Below, one piece after another: positions 37,501 to 49,500 of a stretch of DNA of 64,000 nucleotides. The translations under genes and the position numbers were made by a program. Under the pieces are notes generated by a model that had not been told where the DNA came from, searched no databases, and saw only the letters and a program-made list of their open reading frames with translations. This DNA comes from Narcine bancroftii (lineage: Eukaryota): the NCBI RefSeq assembly GCF_036971445.1, contig NC_091476.1, forward strand, positions 97,960,001 through 98,024,000, given 5' to 3'. Position 1 is the first letter of the stretch. Each line of letters begins with the position of its first letter.

Positions 37501-40500
37501 AGACTTTCACGAAACCTCCATACACTTCCGCCAATGCAATCTTCAAGAGCGGAAATTGTTCTTTGCTCAATCTAAAACTCACATCCCCAGTATCTCCTGC
37601 AAGGTACAACACCAGATCCTGTGGACAATCCACTTTTGTAATTTTTTTCAGGATATCCTCCAGGTCTTCCCAGACATAGCCAGGTGGAGTGGACAAAAGT
37701 TCCAACCTCCACTTGACATCTAAAGAATCTTTCTAAAATTGCAGGCTTTGATTTGTGTATTTTTTGTGGTGTGAGGTACAACTGGTGTAATAAATTGTAC
37801 TGCACCAACCTGTTTCTGGCATTGACGACCTTGAGGTGCCCAAGTCCGACTCAAATCTCTCCCTCAACCTGACACTGTTAAAACCTTGACAAACATTTTT
37901 AATTCTTCACTGAACTCGCGAGACATTTCAGAAGAATGCAAATATGATGCCATTAATGAAAAAGTCTGTAAAGATAATTCGAGTAGCTATACTCCTTTTA
38001 GTCTGACATCAGTGGTGTGGAGTGGATTCTAAAAGATAGAGTCTATGAGCATTTGGATGGCTAGGAGAAAATTAAGGTGAGGCAGCATGAATTTATGTGG
38101 GAATGTCTCACAAACTTGATAGAACATTTTGAAAATGTGTCAAGCAGGATAAGTAGATGAGGGCAAGGCAATTGATGTTATTTAGTTGGATTTTAGAAAT
38201 GCATTTCATAAGTTGGTGAAGAAGGTGAGAGCACATGGGATAAGAGGCCAACTAGTCACCTTGACAAACAATTGGCTTAGTAATAGGAGTTAGAGAGAGG
38301 ATCTAGATAGCAGCTTTTCAGACTGAAGGGCCTTGACTAGTGGAGTACCTCAGGGTTTGGTTTGAGGACTCTTGCTTTTGATTTTATATATGTATATATA
38401 ACATGTACTTATCACAGCCGGTGCAGACGGCCGTGCCCAAGCGCCAGGGCCGGCTGCCAAAGCGACAAGACATGTAGCCGGTTCTGGGGGGGGGGGGGAG
38501 GTTGTATGGTGGCGCACATCGTCATGGCATACCGGCCCACTTGTATCGCCGCGTGGTGGGGCAGCCATGGGGAAATGGGGTTGTCAGAGGTTTCTCTCTG
38601 ACTCCAGTATCCCTTCTAGCAGGCGCCCTGGGCAGTGTTATGATGTCACAATGCACCAGGTGCCCTTAAAGGGGCGCACTGAATTGGAATAAAAACAGTC
38701 ATTAACAACCATCGGTGTGGTAGCAGTGATTTCCTTCAGCTCCTGCAATCGCCACAGTGGTGACCCTGATGGGCCCAGACGTCTATCTGGACCCAGTGAA
38801 CGATGGACGCAGCCGAGGTGAGCACAGTAGCCATCAAACATCCCCCTTCTGGCCCCACTGCACACAGACATGGTTCGGGCAGGCGGAGGCACAATTCTAC
38901 CTCCGCAACATCTCAGCCGACGCCACAAAATTTTACCTCGTCGTGGACGCGCTGGACCAGGACACGGTGGCGATGGTGAATGACATCATTCACAGGCCAC
39001 CAGGAGTTGGCAAGTATACCGCCATCAAAAATCTACTCCTGGGGAAGTTTGGCCTCATGCCACAGCAGCATCCTTCCAGGCTCTTACGCCTGGATGGGTT
39101 GGGAGATTGCAGCCCCTCAGCCCTATGGACAAAATGTTGGCCCTGACGGAGGATCATGAACCGTGTTTCCTCTTCCTCCAGATATTTCTTGAACAGATGC
39201 CAAAAGATACCCGGCTTAATCTGTCCGAAGAGGCCTTTCCCGACCCCCGCAAGGCCGCAGCCTCTGTCACACAAAACAGTAGAATGAGGCAGCCCTACGC
39301 CAAGTCTCCAAGCCGGGGCCCCGCCATCCACAGGATACCACCAAGCACAAGCTGGAGGAAACTCAGTCAACACAGTGCTTTTATCACCAGCACTGGGGAG
39401 TGAAAGCCTGCATCATGCCCCCTCTTTTCACGCTGATTGCGATGAAAGAGAAGATTCTGGCTTGGTCGGAGGAGGCAGACGAGGCCTTCCCTCCAATGAA
39501 ACAGGCCCTCACAGAGGCAACTTTGTTGGTGCACCCTCTCCCGGCAGTGCACACGGCACTCTCGGTCGATGCTTCCGCCACAGCGGTCGGGGGAATACTG
39601 GAACAGTGGCTGGACAGGCAGTGGTGCCCGCTAGCCTTTTTCAGTAGGCATTTGCGGCCGCTGGTGCTTAAATACAGTGCGTTCGATGGGGAGCTCCTGG
39701 CGCTGTACCTGGCCATCCGCCACTTACGATACTTCTTGGAGGGCAGAACTTACACCGTTTTTACCGATCATAAGCCCCTCACCCAAGCACTGGCTATGGC
39801 CAAGGACCCGTGGTGGCCCAGGCAACAGCGCCATCTGTCCTACCTGTCCGAATTCATGGCAGACATCCGGCAGAGGGAGGGCAAGGACAATGTGGTCGTG
39901 GATGCTCTCTCTCGTCCGGCCTCAGCACGCTAGCTCCCGGCCTCGACTATGGACAACTAGCGCAGGTCCAGCAGCACGATGCCGAAACTCAGGTCTCCAG
40001 CTCGAGGATATCCATCTTCTTGACTCCACCCAGCCTCTACTCTGCGACACTTCCACCGGCTCACCATGCCTGGTAGTCCCACAAGAGTGGAGTGCGAGGG
40101 TCGTCAGCTCTATCCACAATCTCGCCCACCCCTCAGTAAAAACTATCATGCATATGGTGGCACATCGATTCGTCTGGCATGTCCTCAAGAAGGAGATGGC
40201 AGCGCTAACCCACAACTGCATCAGGTACCAGATGTCTAAAGTCCACAGGCACATGCCAGCCCCTGTTCAACATTTCAACTTGGCAACACAGAGGTTCCAC
40301 CATATCCACGTGGATGTTGTGGGCCCCTTGCAGGTGTCCAGGGAGTTGCGGTACCTGTTTACCATAGTGGATGGAGCAACCAGGTGGCCGGAAGCCATCC
40401 CGGTCCGTGAGGCGTCAGCGGAGATGTGTGCTAGAGCCTTGGTCAGCTAGTGGATCTCTTGTTTCAGCGTGTCGGTGCACATCACGAGTGACAGATGCGC

Positions 40501-43500
40501 CTAATTTCCCACTATGGTCGCAGCTGGCAAAGCTTTTTGGGGTAACACTGCACCACACGATGGCCTACCACCCACAGTCCAATGAGTGAGTAGAGAGGTT
40601 CCACCGACTCCTAAAGTCTGCTCTGATAGCAAGACTTTCCGGCCCCGACTGGGTGGACGAGTTGCCTTAGGTTCTCCTTGGAATTAGGATGGCGCACAAG
40701 GAGGACCTGCAAGCCTCATCAACAGAAATGGTTTACGGCGTGCCACTCTCCCTGCCAGGTGAATTCTTCACACCGGAGGCCGAAACGACACACAGCGAAG
40801 GTGATCAGCTCGCGGACCTCCGTAAACGACTGGGCAACCTCACCCTGCTGCCCCCATCACACTACGGCACCCCACCATCCCATCAACGGAAAGATCTGGC
40901 TGAGGCGCAATTTGTGTTCGTCCGGAGAGGACCACAGAGAGCCCTGCTGCGGCAGTTTCTTCAATCTGAGGCGCCTGCAAGCTCACACCAAGACACAAGA
41001 GCAACTTGTCCGTGAACTACTCTTTGCAGACGATGCCGCTTTAGTTGCCCATTCAGAGCTAGCTCTTCAGCGCTTGACGTCCTGTTTTGCGGAAACTGGC
41101 AAAATGTTTGGCTTGGAAGTCAGCCTGAAGAAAACTGAGGTCCTCCATCAGCCAGCTCCCCACCATGACTACCAGCCCCCCCCACATCTCCATCGGGCAC
41201 ACAAAACTCAAAACGGTCAACCAGTTTACCTATCTCGGCTGCACTATTTCATCGGATGCAAGGATTGACAATGAGATAGGCAACAGACTCGCCAAGGCAA
41301 ATAGCGCCTTTGGAAGACTACACAAAAGAGTCTGGAAAAACAACCAACTGAAAAACCTCACAAAGATTAGCGTATACAGAGCCGTTGTCATACCCACACT
41401 CCTGTTCGGCTCCGAATCATGGGTCCTCTACCGGCATCACCTACAGCTCCTAGAACGCTTCCATCAGCGTTGTCTCCGCTCCATCTTCAACATTCATTGG
41501 AGCGACTTCATCTCCAACATCGAAGTACTCGAGATGGCAGAGGCCGACAGCATCAAATCCACACTGCTGAAGATCCAACTGTGCTGGGTAGGTCACGTCT
41601 CCAGAATGGAGGACCATTGCCTTACCAAGATCGTGTTATATGGCGAGCTCTCCACTGGCCACCGAGACAGAGGTGCACCAAAGAAGAGGTACAAGGACTG
41701 CCTAAAGAAAGCTCTTGGTGCCTGCCCCATTGACCACCGCCAGTGGGCTGATCTCGCCTCCAACCGTGCATCTTGGCGCCTCACAGTTCGCCGGGCAGCA
41801 ACCTCCTTTGAAGAAGACCACAGAGCCCGCCTCACTGACAAAGGACAAAGGAGGAAAAACCCAGCACCCAACCTCAACCAACCAATTTTCCCCTGCAACC
41901 ATTGCAACTGTGTCTGCCTGTCCCGCTTCGGACTTGTCAGCTACAAACGAGCTTGCAGCTGACGTGGACATTTACCCCTCCATAAATCTTCGTCCGCGAA
42001 GCCAAGCCAAAGAAAAGAGAAGGGGGGCAGGGAAGAATTGTTTACTGTGGACCACTTAAACGCTGCTTATTTACTTATCACAGCCAGTGCAGATGGCCGT
42101 GCCCAAGCACCGGGGCCAGCAGCCAAAGCAATAGGATGCGTAGCTGGTTCTGGGGGGCGGGGTTGTGTGGCGGCACACATCCTCATGGCAAACCGACCCC
42201 GCTTGTATTGCCACGTGGCGGGGCAGCCATGGGGAAATGGCATCGTCAGAGTTTTCTCTCTGACTCCAACATCCCTTCCAGCGCCTGCCCTGGGCAGCAA
42301 TTACGATGTCACAATGCACCAGGTGACTGAGCTCATGCTGCCCTTAAAGGGGCGCGCTGAATTTGAATAGAAACAGTCGTCAATGACCTTCGGTGTGGCA
42401 GCAGTGATTTCCTTCAGCTTCTGCAAGCACCACAGTATATTAATTTGTGGAAATGTAAGTTTGATTATGACATGAAAAGATATGCAGCAGTGGACAGAGA
42501 AGAAGGTTACCTGGTTTGCAACATTCCAAATCAATCAGTGAATGTAAGTGTTCAATGTTTGACAGGACAATTTAAAAGTAATAAAATTATATTTAAAATA
42601 AATATATACTGAAATTAATGGGCTCTTTGACTTAAATTGCCAGAGATTTCATTTTGAGTAAAGTAGTCAGTGAAATCTGGACCATTAGTTTCTAAAAATA
42701 ATTTTAAATTAATTAAGATTATAGATGAAATAATTATGGTTAAAAGGTTTGCTTTGTTGTATGATGACCACACAAGACGACAGAATTAATTTTTCATTGT
42801 GACAATGAATAAGAAGACCTGCAAAACTATATGGATCTTGAAACACTAAAGTATGTTCATGAACTAAAACATCATCCTTTTTTTAAAAAACTTGGATTCA
42901 GGATTCCACACTGAAGGACATTTGAGCAGATCAGGAGGTGCTGGTATATTAATCCCTGGCTCTTTATAATCTAGCTCAACGCAGGAAACTGTTAACAAAA
43001 CTATATAAATCATAGACATTAATCTTCGTCCGCGAAGCCAAGCCAAAGAAAAAGATAAATCATAGGAGTAAAGCCAACTGTTTAATTAAAATCACTTTCA
43101 AATTAAAATTTCTGATGTGTAATGATTGTATTAACAAGTACAAATGGGGCAGCTTAAAAATAGCTGTGGTCATGATAACAATGTGGTTATACCCATTGAT
43201 GTTAAACATAAGTCTCATCAACAACCCTGCAAAAGTTTCAGTCGCTTCTTGTCTGCAGAAAGTTCCTCAGTGAATCCCACAATTTTGCTTTCTGTTGATA
43301 AATTTTCTCCAGATTGATTAGATTAAGAGTGAACCTCTGGTTTGGTAAATATCAGTTTATCTAATTTCTTAACTCGTATTTTGTAAAATTGGCATAAAAT
43401 AATGTTTGCAATTACCTACAGCATCAACTTAGTGGATGCCATCACAGGGAAATTACCACCCAAGATACTGGAAATACTCAGCAGGCAGCATCTGTGAATT

Positions 43501-46500
43501 TACCATTTCAGGTTCATGATCTTTTACTATTTCTGCTGATCTTTTCTCATACCTTGTTTTTCTTTCACATTTACAGAAAATGCAGTTTTTTTTTATTTTC
43601 GGACTTTTCTGTGATAGGAATCCTTCCTTTGGCACATAGGAAGCTTAGTTGGTGAGCATTGCCATCAAGCAGAGATAATCTTCTTGGCTTTAGTAAATAT
43701 GTACGATATTCAGAGGGACACGTTATTGCTACTTGCATGGTTGATGTTGCAGCTAGAGCAACACCTTTACAGGGCCAGCGATTGGGACCAGACCTGGGTT
43801 CAAATCCCGTGCTGTGTGTAAGGAGTTTGTATGCTCTTCCCCTGTTTAAGTGGGTTTTCTCTGGGGGCTCCGGTTTCCTCCCACTGTTCAAAATGTAGCA
43901 GGGAGTAGGTTAATGAGGTGTAATTTGGACAGTGTTGGGTTGTGGCAGTGCTGGATATCTAATATTTTTAAAAATCCTAAGAATGCTGGGAAATTTAAAT
44001 CACATCCAGGAGGATTTCTGGGCTCCAGAATGAGCCTCAATATGTTTGGAAACTTAAGCCTTCAGTTATCCAAAGATGCCTGTGTTTCCAGCAAGAAAGA
44101 CCCAACAAAGCAACAAAGCATTGGTGTAGTGAGTTTTAAGCCACCTTCATAGTTTCTATTATACAGCTTAAAGAATGTATTTGTGGCTTGGACCATAAAG
44201 AATGATGCTGCTATGCATTTCTGGCAAGGGGACAGATGCAACAACAACATACTTTAGCATTCTTAATGGACACTTAGAAGCTAACAAGGGATGCAGAATA
44301 GTATCTCAAGGAGGAGACAGCCATCTGGCATCAGGACTGTGAGGGAGCAGGAAAAATTGTTAGTTCTTATCAGTGCAAAGTGGAGTGGGGTAGAGGCTGG
44401 TCCATGATGTGGAGTCTGTTGGGGAGGGGATGATGGGTTGATGGATCCAAATGGGGAAGGGGGTGATGGGTTGATGGGAGGAATTAACGGGGAAACCAAA
44501 AATGAGATGACAAGCTGAGAGTATGTGGAGTGGGAGTGGTGGGGAAGCACCAGAGATGTGGGTGACCTAAAATTGTTAAATTCAAAGTTCATAACTTCAT
44601 GTTGTAAACTCATTGTATAACGCCTTAATCCAATTTGTAAAAATTTGACCGAGTCCAAATCTTTCCAGCACTTTAAATAAAATATCCCTCTCCACTCTAT
44701 CAAACACTTTCTGCATCCAAGGCTACAGCAACACTCAGATCACCTCTCTTTGGTGCCAAATGAATTATACTAAGTAACCTGCTTACATTATCAGCAGATT
44801 GTCTCTTTTTCTCAAAGCCTGTTTGGTCCATATTTATCAATTCTGGCAAAAATTTCACCAGTCTGTTTGGCAAGGCTTTAGAAATAATCTTGTAATCTGA
44901 GAAAATGTACAGCAATTACTTAGAAGTCTAATTCGGATCTAGGTATGGCATGTTGGAATGCTAAAAATGCATAGCTGTATTCCCCGTGAGAAGATTACCT
45001 ATAACTAAAGAAGTAAGTAGGACATAGTTTTACGTTTGGGTCCATATTTATAATTTTCAAGTGTAAATCTTTCGTTGTGTTCTTCCTAATCCTCGAGACT
45101 AGGAATAACACAAAGAAAATTAAAGAGAATATGACTTTATGATCTGTGGGTTGTGCGCCACTTTTTCAGCTGTCCGTTTTGCTTTTTCTTTCTTTCTATC
45201 TCTTTATATTTTTCTTGCTTATTTTTTATTGTGGCCATAGGCAACTAGAAAGAAGACAAACACATGAGGTGTAGTCAGTTAAAGCTCTGAGTTTTATTAG
45301 GGCTCAAGCCCCACTTTTATACTTGCACTTTTCCTACTGTGCCCCCCCCCCCCTTGGCTGACGTCACCACATGCATAACAAAAGCAGGTTTCCCGTGCAC
45401 GGGTACTTTCCTGCAAACAATGCCCTTCTTCCCCGCGCACTGTCCTTGTCTGTTAGCTGCTCAGCAAGATCAGTGCCATTTTGGGGTCACTGGGCTTTAA
45501 GCTGCCCTCGCTAGCTTGTTGGGGCCAGTGCCACTGCACGGGCTGCTGGCCATTGGTTGCGCTCACTGTCTGGAGTGCTGGCTCAGTCGCCTCTGCGGTG
45601 GGCCGCCACTCTATATCTATATCTTTTCTTTTGAGGTCTCTTCTAAGGTTAGTGGGGCTTGGGGTGGGTTTTGGGTATTACCATCATGGAGTAAATATTA
45701 GACTACTTTTGTACTTGTACACTTTAACTTTGCAATTAACTGCATGTATGGTCAAAATTTAAATTAAAAAAAAAAGCATTACCTTGTAAATTACCCAGGG
45801 AGAAGATTAAACGAGATGAGAGACCTCTTGACTAACAAAAAAACAGGTTTGAAATGGATTTGCAATATGACCTCTGCAAAAGGAGCATAGTAGAATCACA
45901 CCTCCAATACAGTTTCCTTTGGCCCCGCCTCTGGTAACAGAGTGCCAGGGAACCATGACCACAATGGGAGCAAACTCTTCACAGTAAAGCCTTTTGTTGG
46001 ATCAAAAGTACTCATCCCTCCTCCAAAAGCTCACCAGTAACTTGTTGTTTCAATAGTTCTGATTTGTTGTACGACCCTTTTGCTGAAGGAAAATCTGTTG
46101 TTTCAATTCCATAAGATAAAATGTTATTGTTCAGTAGCTTTTAGTCTAACATCATTTATAAATTCAGAAAATGATTAAAACATGACAAATATTACAGGCT
46201 TAATTGAATACTTATTTATAAAGATGACTGTTTGAATTGAGGGTCACAAGACAATCTGCACAAAGGGCATTGACTGCCTTTTGTTTTCTATGGATACTCC
46301 GTGGCCTGTTGAATTTCTCCAGTATTTTTGTGATTTGCATGATATTTGAATTAGTCTGTATGGAAAAGAAATATGAACAAAGGTATTCATCCTGACATTC
46401 ATAGATAAGATAGCACAAGCTATGAAGCTTCTGACATTATGGTATACTGTCACGAAAGTCCTTAAAATGCTGAAGATGGTGACAGTTTCAGACCATTCTC

Positions 46501-49500
46501 AGAGACAGTCAGAGCTGCAAGTGCTGCCAGAACTCACCGGAGCCCTGCTCCATCACCTCATGGGGCCGCTCCAGGCATCTCCTGGGGCGGCTCCGACACT
46601 TCCTTATCGACGTTTCTGGTGAGTTCCGCCACTGCACCCCTGGAGACAGTGTAAAGAGAATGAAATGAAGTTGACTGTGTTTTCTTCTGAAATATTTTCC
46701 ACTTTGTATTGATTTATTTTTTTATTTCTGTCTCTTCAAGTCCAGAAAGCATGTATTCAAGTGCAAATGACCACATAGGTACGTACATTGTATACAAATA
46801 AATAATAATGCCTGTTAAAGTTTATCTGCAGAAATATGGAAATGTCACATGGCAGCCCTCCAATCTCCATGTCCTCAAGGATGGACAAAATTTGTGCTCG
46901 GTGGACTAGTTTTAGTTCAAAGCTGGAGACTGTCATTCAAGGTTATTAATGGCACTTCGTGAGAGGAAGTGCCAGGTAATGTTAGGCATGCAGCGGTATC
47001 AGCCAGAGTATGTCACCTATTTCATGTCAATTGTGAAAAGACCCACGAGCACTGAAATTGGTATTAATCAGTGGGTTAAGGCCTTCTTTAACAGCAGTTA
47101 AGGATGCAACTTTATCTGGGCCATAACATGAGAGACAAGGCATTCAGTGCCCTCCTGTTCCATCATTATAATTGCTCCCCCTGTTCCTGCTGATGTAATC
47201 AAAACCATCACATCCCACTACTGGGTATCAGCCCAGAGCCTTGCCCCCAACTTCTCCCATCCACTACTCATCTAATTCAACAGACACTGGGATATAATAT
47301 GTACTGTGCAGGAACAGTAGGAATGGAACAAAATGAGGTTCGTGTAGTATGCCTAAGAGAAACTGGGTGACTTCGGACACATAAATTATCTTACTTTCCA
47401 ATTCAGTACTCAGTATGGGAGTGGAGGATGGAGAAGGGGTGAAGGATGATGGGCAGATGGGGCCAGTTGGGGGAAGGGTAAACTTCAAGTTGAGAGACAG
47501 GGGGAGGTGAGTGATGAACGGAAGCAGATAGACAAAATATAGAAGAAAAAAAAGCCAGATGGTCAGGTGGGGAGAAGGGAGACTGAAGGTTGAGACAGCA
47601 AGGAGGGTGATGCTGGAATCTGATCAGGAAGGAAGGTGATGAGGGGAACCACTAGGAGAGAGGCAGTGGGCAGATAGCACCAGATGGAAGAGGGCACCCA
47701 GAGCGTGTACTATTTGGGAAGTAAGTTGATAGAACCAACAGGGGAAGCTAAACAAAACTGCTGATGGAGGGCTGTTGATGAGTAGTGGGAAAGGGGACAA
47801 TAATGCAAGGACATCAGGTGGATGGGATAAAGAAAGAAACAGCTGCAGAACACAAGAGGTAGGGAATTAGCTGAAACTGGATTATTCGCTGTTCACACCA
47901 ATGTGCCGTGGACTACTTAGAGAGAGAGAGAGAGAGTATGAATAGTTGTTCCTCCATGTGCCTTTGTGCCTCATGCAGGCAATGGAGCAACCTCATCAGA
48001 TTGCATTTAAACTAGTGGTTCTCAACCATTTTCTTTCCACTCACATCCCACTTTGTAATCCCTATACCACTGGTGCTCTGTGATTAGTAAGGGATGGCTT
48101 AAAGTGGTATGTGGTATGAAGGGAAAGTTGAGAACCACTGCTCTAGACCCAATTGTTACTGATATATTTTGCTTGAGAAAAATTGTCATTGGTCCATTTC
48201 CTGTGGAGTTATGAAACCGTGCACTTAATCAGTCAATTAGGTACAGTTAAAACAGTGGTTTTCAAACTTTTTCTTTCCACCCACATATTACCTTAAGCCA
48301 TCCCTTACTAATCACAGAGCACCTATGGTATAGGGATTACTTAAAGTGGTATGTGAGTGGAAAGAAAAAGGTTGAGCACCACTGATTTAAATTCACTTTG
48401 AATTTGCATGCAATCCTCTCAGTGCAACGTGAGGGCAGTCAAAGGCAACTTCAGGAAGCTCAAATCATCCGAAAGAGGTAAACACAGTGCTTTCTGTCTT
48501 GTTAGAAAGATGATGAATGTAGTCAAGTGTGTGATCACCTAAGATCAATAAAATTCAAAGCAAATATGTTCTTCACCTACCCCAACCTGTAAAGATACTT
48601 GAATCTCAAAAGTTGATGAAGATCCACCTCCCCTCTACTCGCCCTGCCCCCATGTACCTTTGATGTCCTCCACCTCATTTACATACCCTTTTGACCTTCC
48701 TTACAAGGCTCACCCAATTTTTCCATTAACCATACAATTACAAAGTAAAGCCTTTCAACACAAAGGGTTTTTGAGACAGATTCTATCTGCACCAGAGACA
48801 TCAGTAGTAGAATATTCCCTCCATAAAACAGGCATAGGTCCATTGGGCATTGCAAGTTTTCTGTTTGTTTTGGGGCTCAGAAGATTCCTAGCATTTTTCA
48901 CAGCTTTCTTGTGTTACGAGTCCAGAAGACCCCAAAACCCAGCAGCAATAGATATACACCAATACAAAGGGTTATTTAAACAAAAGTTGTTTTTAATTAT
49001 CTTTGAACATGGAAACAGAATCAAACTTTAACATCTCTATTGACTTACTTAACCTACTTAACCCCCTTCTAATTCTAAGCGCACGTGTGTGTAATGCATA
49101 TACAGGTACATAATCCTTTATCCGTACATCTAAAATCCGGAAAGCTCCAAAATCCGTTGAGGGGAGAGAGACGGCAGGGCGAGTCAGGTGGGTGAAGGGG
49201 GTGGGGGGGGGGAGACCGGCAGTGCGAGTCAGGTGGGCAAGAGGGGGAGAATGGCAGTGCGAGTTGAGCGGGTGACGTGGAGAGACTGGCAGCGCGAGCC
49301 GGGAGGGCGAGGGGGGGAAGACCGGCAGCACGAGTCGGGTGAGTGAGGGGGGTGGAGAAACGGTAGTGCGACTAGAAGAGGGTGGGGTGGATATGGCAGC
49401 ACAATGGGTTTAAATCTGGCTTTCCGAAATCCGGAAAAGTTCGAAATTCAGAACACACTGTCCCCCAAGGGTTCCGGATAAAGGATAAGTTTAGAAAAGT

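Noticed and set aside
48506-48552. Possible alternative terminal exon (acceptor, immediate stop, AATAAA) giving an ITIM-less isoform
   Set aside because: Signals are common by chance in AT-rich introns; no supporting evidence.
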